DNA of 64,000 nt, taken from contig NIVC01000292.1 of NCBI GenBank assembly GCA_002269645.1, positions 744,001-808,000 of the forward strand, read 5' to 3'. This DNA comes from Macrostomum lignano (Eukaryota). Each line of letters opens with the position of its first letter. Position 1 is the stretch's first letter. Positions 11,601 to 22,181 of the stretch are shown here, one piece after another. Under the pieces are notes generated by a model. That model saw only the letters and a program-made list of their open reading frames with translations, was not told the DNA's origin and did not search any database. Both the position numbers and the translations under genes were made by a program.

Positions 11601-14519
11601 ACTGACTGACTGACTGACTGACTGACTGACTGACTGACTGACTGACTGACTGACTGACTGACTGACTGACTGACTGACTGACTGACTGACTGACTGACTG
11701 ACTGACTGACTGACTGACTGACTGACTGACTGACTGACTGACTGACTGACTGACTGACTGACTGACTGACTGACTGACTGACTGACTGACTGACTGACTG
11801 ACTGACTGACTGACTGACTGACTGACTGACTGACTGACTGACTGACTGACTGACTGACTGACTGACTGACTGACTGACTGACTGACTGACTGACTGACTG
11901 ACTGACTGACTGACTGACTGACTGACTGACTGACTGACTGACTGACTGACTGACTGACTGACTGACTGACTGACTGACTGACTGACTGACTGACTGACTG
12001 ACTGACTGACTGACTGACTGACTGACTGACTGACTGACTGACTGACTGACTGACTGACTGACTGACTGACTGACTGACTGACTGACTGACTGACTGACTG
12101 ACTGACTGACTGACTGACTGACTGACTGACTGACTGACTGACTGACTGACTGACTGACTGACTGACTGACTGACTGACTGACTGACTGACTGACTGACTG
12201 ACTGACTGACTGACTGGCAGCGTCTGCAGATGATGTCGCGCTCCAGTCGAGGGCGTCCCGAGCCGGTGGTGACCCCGTCGGGCTCGAGCAGGACCTGGAC
12301 ATGCGGCCAGAGGACAGCCTTCGCCTGATGGAGCCGGCCCCATCCCTAGCATCTGGCGCTTCATCGCGGGTGCTCATCGATGCCACGGACGGGCGGACAT
12401 TCGTACAGCCGGAGCAGAAGCCGCAGGTCGGCCGGGAGGTCACCGCGGAGCTCATCGTGTCGGACCCGGACTCGACGGCTGAGAGTGAGCTCGGTTTGGT
12501 TTTGGCCAGCTGGCCACCAGATTATTCGGGTGTCAACCAACTTATTCGGGTAGCAACCAACTTATTCGGGTAGCAACTAGATTATTCGGGTAGCAACTAG
12601 ATTATTCGGGTAGCAACCAGATTATTCGGGTAGCAACCAGATTATTCGGGTAGCAACCAGATTATTCGGGTGTCAACCAGATTATTCGGGTAGCAACCAG
12701 ATTATTCGGGTAGCAACCAGATTATTCAGGTAGCAACCAGATTTCGGGTAGCAACCAGATTATTCTGGTAGCAGCCAGATTATTCGGGTAGCAACCAGAT
12801 TATTCTGGTAGCAACCAGATTATTCGGGTAGCAACCAGATTATTCGGGTAGCAACCAGATTATTCGGGTAGCAACCAGATTATTCGGGTAGCAAATCCAG
12901 ACCCAAAAGCCCTGCTCAAGCAGCTCACCTGTAAACCGGCTCTCCAGACGCTTCGAACGGCGACGCCGCCCCGGAGCAGCCGGAGCAGCAGGCCAGCTTC
13001 ATCAGCACGGCCAGCCTTCAGGTGAACTTGGAGGAGGCAGCGGAGCGGCCGCCAACCCCGGCTGGCTCGGAGGTGTCGGCGGTCAGCAGCGGAGTCCGAC
13101 AGCGCGTGGCGGCCCTCGGGCGCAGCGTCAGCAACGCCAGCAGCGTCAAGGAGGCGACGGCCTCGCCAGTCAGGAGTGCCGAAGTCGAGGAGTTCAAGCG
13201 GGACGAGGTCGAGGAGAACTCCCGGATGGTCATCAGCGGCGTGGTGGACACCCTGGACGGGACCATGCTGTCCATGCAGGACGCCATTGAGCGGGGCATC
13301 ATCCACTCGGAGTCTGGGTCCTACCTCAACAGGGCCAAGAACGTCTGGATCCCCATTCCTGTGGCCGTGGCTGAAGGTCAGCTCACCGATGCTCGACAGA
13401 ACTGGAATCCAAGTTGATGAATCCCCGATCACATCATCAGATCCCGAATCATGTCACCAGATCCCGAATCATGTCACCAGATCCCGAATTCCCAGATCCC
13501 GAATCCCCAGATCCCGAATCCCCAGATCCCGAATCCCCAGATCCCGAATCCCCAGATCCCGAATCCCCAGATCCCGAATCCCCAGATCCCGAATCCCCAG
13601 ATCCCGAATCCCCAGATCCCGAATCCCCAGATCCCGAATCCCCAGATCCCGAATCCCCAGATCCCGAATCCCCAGATCCCGAATCCCCAGATCCCGAATC
13701 CCCAGATCCCGAATCCCCAGATCCCGAATCCCCAGATCCCGAATCCCCAGATCCCGAATCCCCAGATCCCGAATCCCCAGATCCCGAATCCCCAGATCCC
13801 GAATCCCCAGATCCCGAACAATCTCATCTCATCCCATCGAGCAATCTTCGATCCCCTCCCCAGATCCCAAATTGCAATTCCTGCATCCCGGACCCGCAGG
13901 TTTAATCCAGGTGGAGCGCCGGACAGAGGAGCGGCAGGAGGTGAAGAAGCAGCAGGTGTACGGCATCCTCACCATCAAGGGAGGCGGCGGCGGCGGCCGG
14001 CCGTCCTTCGTGGTGACCGCCGTGCACGACAAGCTGCGCCGCTCCAAGCTGACCCTGGCGGAGGCGCAGCAGAGCGGCCTGGCCGACGACTCGCTGACGA
14101 AGTTCCTCGACACGGAGCGGGACGAGTGGCTGGAGCTGAGCAGCGCAGCCGACCGCGGACTCATCGAATACGACGTCGGGCCAGCGAGCGGCGGCGGCGA
14201 CAGCAGCGACGGCGGGGAGGTCAGCTACGTGGTGTACAGCGTCGTGGACGTCGCCGGCAAGACGAGCGTCTCGTTCAAGGAGGCCCGCGAGCGCGGCCTG
14301 ATCAACGCCGAGGATGGCGCCTTCGTCAACAACGCCACAGGCGAGCGCCTCGAGCTGGAAGACGCCGTCAAGCGGGGATTCCTGAAGGCCGACCGGGTCA
14401 CGGGGCCGGTGTCACAGGTGGCTGGCGCCGAGGAGCGCGTGGTGGTGAACCGCCTGCGCAACGCCAAGAGCCGCATGCGTGGAGCTGTCAGAGCGATGAG
14501 AGGCTTCGGAGGGAACTGA
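5656..14519 (+). CDS. Plakin-family protein (spectrin-like plakin segment with SH3 insert, C-terminal plectin repeats), multi-exon
   Basis: Exons 5656-5817, 7764-7859, 8195-8323, 9072-9218, 9471-9731, 10422-10620, 10711-10939, about 12221-12484, 12948-13376, 13900-14519, with GT-AG ends. Phases are consistent at every junction except the (GACT)n intron. Peptides [30 protein letters not shown] and [45 protein letters not shown] match the plakin SR-SH3 pattern. [21 protein letters not shown] and [48 protein letters not shown] match plectin repeats. Confidence 0.8.
5826..6200. repeat. Foldback-like element: 16-bp units (GATATTTCGGGTTTGT) in inverted arms
   Basis: Left arm 5835-5925 carries reverse-complement units (AAATCACAAACCCGAAATATC); right arm 5950-6190 carries forward units; lies in plakin intron 1. 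Confidence 0.75.
6247..7262. repeat. CTAG-rich tandem repeat, 22-bp unit CCTAGATCCCTAGACCTAGACC
   Basis: Read directly; plakin intron 1. Confidence 0.95.
7890..8172. repeat. Tandem repeat, 11-bp unit GAACAGGAGTA
   Basis: Read directly; plakin intron 2. Confidence 0.95.
8423..9005. repeat. Tandem repeat, 20-bp unit CCAACAGTCCCAATGTCTCT
   Basis: Read directly; plakin intron 3. Confidence 0.95.
9229..9372. repeat. G/T-rich simple repeat, (GAGTGGGTGGGT)-like
   Basis: Read directly; plakin intron 4. Confidence 0.9.
9800..10350. repeat. Tandem repeat, 19-21-bp unit GATGGGGATCTGAGTCGGA
   Basis: Read directly; plakin intron 5. Confidence 0.95.
10946..12216. repeat. Pure (CTGA)n tetranucleotide microsatellite, about 317 units
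   Basis: Uninterrupted array from just after donor GTACGT to just before GCAG; explains the SQSV ORFs. Confidence 0.98.
12515..12897. repeat. Tandem repeat, 20-bp unit ATTATTCGGGTAGCAACCAG
   Basis: Read directly; plakin intron 8. Confidence 0.95.
13438..13818. repeat. Tandem repeat, 15-bp unit CAGATCCCGAATCCC
   Basis: Read directly; plakin intron 9; explains the RSRIP/PDPES/QIPNP ORFs. Confidence 0.95.
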
Positions 14520-14521
14520 CT

Positions 14522-14855
14522 TTATCCTCCCTGATCCTCTGATGAGGACTCTGGGACTCCATCCTCCCTGATCCTTTGATGCGGACTCTGGGACTCCATC
14601 CTCCCTGATCCTTTGATGCGGACTCTGGGACTCCATCCTCCCCTGATCCTCTGATGCGGACTCTGGGACTCCATCCTCCCTGATCCTCTGATGCGGACTC
14701 TGGGACTCCATCCTCCCTGATCCTCTGATGCGGACTCTGGGACTCCATCCTCCCTGATCCTCTGATGCGGACTCTGGAACTCCATCCTCCCTGATCCTTT
14801 GATGCGGACTCTGGAACTCCATCCTCCCTGATCCTTTGATGCGGACTCTGGGACT
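14522..14855. repeat. Tandem repeat, 37-bp unit CTGATCCTCTGATGCGGACTCTGGGACTCCATCCTCC, starting right after the plakin stop
   Basis: Read directly; antisense ORFs show a 37-aa period (3 x 37 nt). Confidence 0.95.
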
Positions 14856-15829
14856 TGGGATCGAACTGAAATGCTAACAAACCAAAGTTTGCATTGGTCA
14901 TTTAGCCCTAAGTGTCTCAGCTTCTTCGTATCCTTCTCCATCGTGATTATTGCTTAATCCTTCATTATTAACCCAAGTCCATTCGCGCTAATCCTTTGCT
15001 TGCGAAAAAAATTGATAGCAGCCTACACGTACGCACACCAATTAAAAGTTGTCCATTTTTAGCAAATATTGCAGACTTTAGTAAAGCTAAACATACAACT
15101 TATAAAAACGCTTAGACAATTTTATTTGCTTTTCCTCGCATTTCTACTTACAGTAGACGTTGAGAACCTGTGAAGAATTTTAGCGGACACTGCATCGAAA
15201 TCCACTCCAACAACAGCCTGGCATGCATCTCAAGAGCTAAAGGAAAAAACCTGGGCGTTAGTCACCGGCAAATCCCCTACTGCTCCACCCAAAAATCCCC
15301 CAACCCTCCTCAGTTCCCCAGTTCAATCTCCGGCAGTTCCTCTGGCTGGCTACTCATATCAATTCCATCTTATATCAGATTTCTGAATTTTTTCTTTCCT
15401 AAAAGCAAGAAAAGCTGGGGAAAACCAGCAGGCAGGCAAGCGGAAGCAGCAAGGGCAACATTTTGCTTCTCTAAGCAGAGCTGGGCATTAATGCCCACAC
15501 AGAAATCGTTCGCGTGCCTCCCAGCCCTGAAATCGGCTTCGAAAAAATGAAATCTGCTTCAATTTCCGCTTCAAGCAATTAAAATGTTGCGACTGCCCCC
15601 CATTCATTTCTGCTTCTTCGAGACAGAACTCGTGACTCACCCTCTTGAAGCCGGAAAATGAAAGCCGGGCCTCCCCGCCTCAGACTGACGACCCCGGCTC
15701 GGACTTCTCTGTCAGCACCTCCGCCCGGCACCCTTCCTCTCCCGCCTGCGACTATCCAGCCCTGCTGTCTCAGCACCTTCCTCATGTCGCTCCTGTCCAC
15801 TCTCATATTGATTCTGCCGTAATGTCCAT

Positions 15830-16420
15830 CTCATCCCCTCTCATCCCCTCTTATCCCCTCTCATCCCATCTCATCCCATCTCACCCCCTCTCACCCCCTC
15901 ATCCCCTCTCACCCCTTCTCATCCCATCTCACCCCCTCTCACCCCCTCTCACCCCATCTCATCCCATCTCATCCCATCTCACCCCCTCTCACCCCCTCAT
16001 CCCCTCTCACCCCATCTCATCCCATCTCACCCCCTCTCACCCCCTCTCACCCCATCTCATCCCATCTCACCCCCTCTCACCCCCTCTCATCTCGTCTTGT
16101 TCCCTCTCATCCCATCTCATCCCCTCTCACCCCCTCTCATCCCATCTCACCCCCTCTCACCCCCTCTCACCCCCTCTCACCCCCTTTCATCCCATCTCAT
16201 CCCATCTCACCCCCTCTCATCCCCTCTGATCCCCTCACATCCCCTCTCACCCCCCTGATCCCCTCTCATTCCCTCTCATCCTCTCACCATATCTCGTCCT
16301 CTCTCATCTCCTCTCATCTAATCTCATCCCCTCACATCCCCTCTCACCCCCTCTGATCCCCTCTCATTTCCTCTCAGCCTTTCTCATCTTCTCTCATCCT
16401 CTCTCATCCGCTTTCATCCC
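15830..16420. repeat. Pyrimidine-rich repeat (CCCATCTCA / CCCCTCTCA units)
   Basis: Read directly. Confidence 0.9.
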
Positions 16421-17109
16421 CTCTGACCCCACCTCGTCCCTTATTCGATGTGCTCTCCTTGGCCTCCCAAGCGCAGTCTTCCCTATTAATTTCTTATTCC
16501 TTCATCTAAAATCCCAACTCCGCTTTCGAATCCCCATTGAGCAGTGCGCACTGTTGACAGACTCACCGCAGCCTGGCAGGAACAAAGACTGCAGGCCCGG
16601 CCGCAAAAGCCAGGGTGACACAATCAATGCATCCGCATGCCGAGCAATGCCGTTCTCAGCCCAGGCAGCTTCTCGCGTTTGCCCAGTGACTCATCTTTTT
16701 CGATTCCCAAAACTCTCCCACCGCTCAATAGTGTTCCCCGTCCCCAATTGATTCCAGGCCAACTCAGCATCGTCAATCCACAGTTCCGAGCACTCCATCT
16801 GTCACACTCAAGCTGTCACTCACTTGCATTTCTTTGTGCTGCGCTGCATAACAAGCGGAATGCATTTGCTCTATTGAATCAGCCTCTGAGCCACTCATTG
16901 CTCTGTCTGCCTGTCATTCCCAACCCCTGCCTGTCAAGCTTATCAGTGTGCGCTGCTCTCGTGCTGCCTGTCGCTCAGCCAATTTTTTTATCTGCGAGAC
17001 AGGCAGGCAGGCAGGCATGCCGAGCATCGATCGGCGCTCCGAAGCTGGATGGAACTTTTGTATACATGTACCGATTCCTTCTGTTTGATGGCTCATGGGC
17101 TGTCGTATC

Positions 17110-17595
17110 CGTCCCTCTCCTTCTTTTCCCTCTCCTTCTCCCTCTCCTTCTCCCTCTCCTTCTCCCTCTCCTTCTTTTCCCTCTCCTTCTCCCTCTCCTT
17201 CTCCCTCTCCTTCTCCCTCTCCTTCTCCCTCTCCTTCTCCCTCTCCTTCTCCCTCTCCTTCTCCCTCTCCTTCTCCCTCTCCTTCTCCCTCTCCTTCTCC
17301 CTCTCCTTCTCCCTCTCCTTCTCCCTCTCCTTCTCCCTCTCCTTCTCCCTCTCCTTCTCCCTCTCCTTCTCCCTCTCCTTCTCCCTCCCCTTCTCCCTCT
17401 CCTTCTCCCTCTCCTTCTCTCACTCCTTCTCCCCTCCTTCTCCCTCTCCTTCTCCCTCTCCTTCTCCCTCTCCTTCTCCCTCTCCTTCTCCCTCTCCTTC
17501 TCCCTCTCCTTCTCCCTCTCCTTCTCCCTCTCCTTCTCTCACTCCTTCTCCCCTCCTTCTCCCTCTCATTCTCCCTCTCCTTCTCCCTCTTCTTC
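17110..17595. repeat. Polypyrimidine repeat, 12-bp unit TTCTCCCTCTCC
   Basis: Read directly; explains the EG/SP/LP ORFs. Confidence 0.95.
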
Positions 17596-17997
17596 TATCA
17601 CTCCTCCTTTTTAGTCTCCCTCTCCATCTTCCTTACGTCTCTACCCCCGTCTCGTCCTCAGCATTCGTCATCCCCGGCTCCAGAAGCCCCCTGCTTTGAA
17701 TTAAGCGTTGGCTGCCCCCGAGACTCCTCCATCAAACTCGAGCGTTCAATATAAAGCTCCATTGAAGAGGCAGCTCCATCGCGCAGACAAAGCCCTTCTC
17801 TCTCTTATCTGTGTCAGCCCCCTCCCTCTCCTCCACTACTTCATCATCTGCCATTTCTTATTCTCCAGTGCCCCTCTTTCTTTCTCAGAAATCCAATAAC
17901 TCCCAGCATTTCTAATATTATTAGCAACCTCCTTGGTCTACTGACTGTGTGACAGTCTGTGTCAAGGCTTGCTAATATGGCACTACGCTCCTACATT

Positions 17998-18925
17998 GGG
18001 GGCGCTTTCATATCTCCGAAATTTCAAATCTTCGGAATTTCATATCACTAAAATCTCATATCTCCGACAAGCTTAACCCTAACCCTAACGGAGACATGAA
18101 GTGTCGGAGTCATGAATTGTCGGAGATATGAAATGTCGGAGATATGAGGTGTCGGAGTCATGAAGTGTCGGAGTCATGAATTGTCGGAGATATGAAGTGT
18201 CGGAGTCATGAAGTGTCGGAGTCATGAATTGTCGGAGATATGAAGTGTCGGAGATATGAGGTGTCGGAGTCATGAAGTGTCGGAGTCATGAATTGTCGGA
18301 GATATGAAGTGTCGGAGTTATGAAGTGTCGGAGTCATGAATTGTCGGAGATATGAAATGTCGGAGTCGTGAAGTCTCGGAGTCATGAAGTGTCGGAGTCA
18401 TGAAGTGTCGGAGTCATGAAGTGTCGGAGATATGAAGTGTCGGAGATATGAAGTGTCGGAGATATGAAGTGTCGGAGATACGAAATGTCGGAGATATGAA
18501 GTGTCGGAGATATGAAGTGCCGGCGAAATTAAATGTCGGAGATAAGAGGTGTAGGAGATATGAAGTGTCGGAGATATGAAGTGTCGGAGATTTGAAGTGT
18601 CGGAGATATGCAATGTCGGAGATACGAAGTGTCGGAGATATGAAGTGTCGGAGATATGAAGTGTCGGCGAAATGAAATGTCGGAGATACGAAGTGTCGGA
18701 GATATGAAGTGTCGGAGATATGAAGTGTCGGCGAAATGAAATGTCGGAGATAAGAGGTGTCGGAGATATGAAGTGTCGGAGATATGAAGTGTCGGAGATA
18801 TGAAGTGTCGGCGAAATGAAATGTCGGAGATAAGAGGTGTCGGAGATATGAAGTGTCGGATATATGAAGTGTCGGAGATATGAAATTTCGTAGATATGAA
18901 GTGTCGGAGATAAGAGGTGTCGGTG
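17998..18925. repeat. Asymmetric foldback-like element: 16-bp unit ATGAAGTGTCGGAGAT with a short inverted arm and a TAACCC spacer
   Basis: About 4 inverted units at 18007-18069 (CATATCTCCGA), TAACCCTAACCCTAAC at 18074-18089, then a long forward array. Confidence 0.75.
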
Positions 18926-20064
18926 TTGTGCAAGGGGCTGCTTTTCGTAGATATGAAACTCCTGCTCCACTGCATGCAGAATGTGTAACTCAACCCGGCA
19001 AAACTCATCTATAAGATTTGTCAATCCGAGGCAGAGCTGTTTGCCAAGTCACACCCATGGCGCTCGGATACCGTGTATGCGTGCGGGCTGGGTTACGTAA
19101 TCAGGTCGCATCGTCTGGGTGCTCAGCGCCCCGGCCCCACCCGCGCCTCGCTCTCTATATACCCTCCCTTGGCGGGGGAACACTCTCTCCTGCAAACACT
19201 TGAGCATGCAACTCCTAACAACAGAATTAGTTTCTGTGAGCTGCTCCTGCAAATTAGCGACTTGTATAATAGCTGCAATGGCCAAGCCTTGTTAAATAAA
19301 CTAAAACTAATTAATTAACAGGGCCTGTTTAACCAACTGCTTCAGATTCTCAATTGCCTGTGCATGTCAATTTTATGCTTTAAAGGTATAAGCAATAAAA
19401 TATAGATTATATTAAGCCATCCGCTAACAGTTCCCAAATCCCATATTAGCTAGCATAGCTAGTTGAAATCCCCATAACTTCCTGGGCTTATCGCTCGCGT
19501 CCCATCTGTCAAAGAGCCCGCAGCAGCAGCAGGCACAGCATGGCCCAGCTGCATTATTGCAGGCTTGCCTGGGGAGGCTGACTCACTCACCTTACCGCCC
19601 CTGAGCCTCCCATGCCCCCCCCAGCATCCCCGCAAGCGTTGTATTATTTACGCAAGGGGGATTCTGGTCTGGGGGGTTTGGGCAGTCAGCCTGGCCCCTA
19701 CACCTCCCGCATAAGCTGATTAACACCCAGTTAAACCCTGGATCCTGCCATCATCATCATCATATCTCCCATGCAGGCTCCATCCATGGCTGCATGGTTT
19801 GGCCTGACCTTGCAGTGACTGCAGACTGGCCACAAACTGCCTTCTTTCTTTTAGCTCGAGTGATCCTCAAAAGGCTGATAAAATTCTGCTTTGAGAACCG
19901 CTCAGTCCATGCAAAAGGTCCGGGTCGCATTTCAAGTCAGTTGTCGTCTTCAATAATACTCAGAAAAATCAATTTTACTTTGTTACAGATCGTGCCAGAA
20001 AGATAAACTACAGAGACATGTTGACGGTCTCCTGCGGGGTTTATTGAAGGCTTCCGGGCAGTTG

Positions 20065-20720
20065 CTTGAGATGTTAAAGATCATGGGGGATTGCTTGAGA
20101 TGTTAAAGATCATGGGGAATTGCTTGATGTTAAAGATCATGGGGAATTGCTTGATGTTAAAGATCATGGGGAATTGCTTGATGTTAAAGATCATGGGGAA
20201 TTGCTTGAGATGTTAAATATCATGGGGGAATGCTGCGATATCAAAGATAATGGGGGATATTGCTGAGATATCAAAGATTATGGGGGATATTGCTGAGATA
20301 TCATATATTATTATGGGGTGTATTGCTTAGATATCAAAGATTACATGGGGGTATTGCTGAGACATCAAAGATTATGGGGTGTATTGCTGAGACATCAAAG
20401 ATTATGGGGTGTATTGCTTAGATATCAAAGATTATGGGGGTATTGCTGAGATATCAAAGATTATGGGGATATTGCTGAGATATCAAAGATTATGGGGATA
20501 TTGCTGAGATATCAAAGATTATGGGGATATTGCTGAGATATCAAATATTATGGGGGTATTGCTGAGAAATCAAAGATTATGGGGATATTGCTGAGATATC
20601 AAAGATTGTGGGGATATTGCTTACGAGCTCAAATACTTCACTCCACAAAGTAGATATCAAAGATTATGGGGGAAATTGCTGAAAATCTTTGGCTCTTGGG
20701 GGTTGCTGAGATGCCAAGGG
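20065..20720. repeat. Tandem repeat, 27-29-bp unit (GGGGAATTGCTGAGATATCAAAGATTAT family)
   Basis: Read directly; diverged relatives at 50830-51420. Confidence 0.9.
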
Positions 20721-22158
20721 TCAATTGGAAGTTGTTGGGAGGGCCAAGCATCAAAGAGAGAGTTTATATGATTGCCATGGCTTGAAGAAGGATATTTTGG
20801 GCTGGACAGCCGGCTTTCATGGCCATGATGCTTTTTGGCTTTTTAAACATCATTTTCATCAGGAAACTACAATACTTCATAACAACAATGACTGTACAAA
20901 AAGTCATGTAATTTGTTAAAATTGATTCCCTTCTCTGCATGACAGGCTGACATGTGACCAGGTGTGCGGTTATTCGAGTGTAATTGCAGCAGGTCACTGC
21001 ATGGTTGTGCTGCATTCGAGTTATTCTAAATCAGGTTATTGTTCTGTGCCCCTGGATCTTATCAAAGCTTGCACCGCAAGAGGCCACATGGGTATTGAGA
21101 GCAATGGCTAAAATTAGGGCAAACAAATAGAGTCAAAGGAAGACCATGCAGGCTTTCATGCACAAGCAAATTGTTTGTAGCGAAAATATAATACAGTAAG
21201 ATGCGAAATGTGAAAAAAAGCAGCAATTCTGTGTGCAGATCTTCCCCCGATTCACTCGACAAAATGCCCATGCAACAACTTTTGTATATAGACAGGCTTA
21301 ATGGCTGTTTATCTGGGTCAGTCAGTTTTATCTCCGTTCTCTGCGGCTTTGGTCTGCAGTCTCCCCTGCAGCAGATTATTGTTGAGACTTGCGCGACTTC
21401 AGCTGTAGTTTAGGGGTCCGGAAACATCTTTTACCACAAGGGCCGGATAAGGAATCCAGCTCATGGCTGCGGGTCAGGTGAGAGAGGGAATAGGAGATGA
21501 GAGGGGAGAGGGGAGAGGAGATCTGGGAGAGCGGGCCCCTGAGCTAGTTCCATTGCTACAGCCTGCATGGCCTGGAGATCGGGGAGGAGCGGCCCCTGAG
21601 CTAGTTCCATTGCTACAGCCTGCATGGGCTATATTTGACTCTGTCTGTGCTCTCTCTATGCGATGAAGCCTCAAGGGAAGCATTCTGGGAACTAGGCTGA
21701 CGTGAGGAGACTCTGGGAGGGAGAGGAGTTGACGGGCAGTGGCTCTAGTGGGAGAGGAGGCTGGTCGAGTCTTGCCCCAACGAGCCAAAGCAGTCGATCG
21801 GGAGGCAAATGGAAAAACTTTCATCCCGAGCGAGAGTGCTTTTTCATTGATTTTTTGAACTCGCCCCTGTTCTGGAGGTTCGTTTTTTTTGTCAATTTTT
21901 TTGGGTTTTTACTTATTTAATTGTACATGTATTTTCTCTTTATTTAATGTACATGAGCCAACCCCCCTCGATTTGCTAACCCCACCCCACGTTAAATAAT
22001 AATTAAAAAGGGCGTGATTTTTGGTCAGCGTGTTTTTTTACTAACTTGGTTGTTTTGTTTGCCTGCGCGAGAACGCAGAGGTATTGAAGGCTACAAACAT
22101 CCGATTTTCGCCTACTTAATTATTTTTCGGTTTTTGAAGAGTTAGTCGATTTAACAAC

Positions 22159-22176
22159 TGGTAGCAGAGCGTGGTT
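22159..22176 (+). other. Primer-binding site TGGTAGCAGAGCGTGGTT, complementary to the initiator tRNA-Met 3' end
   Basis: Begins 2 nt after the 5' LTR; TGGTAGCAG is the established iMet PBS start. Confidence 0.8.
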
Positions 22177-22181
22177 CAAAA

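Noticed and set aside
10821-12455. 544-aa and 483-aa SQSV ORFs
   Set aside because: Antisense read-through of the (CTGA)n microsatellite, which has no stop on that strand.
13414-13905. PDPES, RSRIP and QIPNP repeat proteins
   Set aside because: 15-bp intronic array between a good donor (13377) and acceptor (13899) with matching phase.
15579-16700. Possible minus-strand exons with GTGAG donors (near 15639 and 16566)
   Set aside because: No coherent reading frame or recognisable peptide; cannot be supported without transcripts.
18074-18089. Telomere or chromosome-fusion scar
   Set aside because: Fewer than three TAACCC units, inside a repeat element.
21522-21628. Two-copy duplication of about 58 bp before the BEL element
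   Set aside because: Simple local duplication outside the TSD-defined element.
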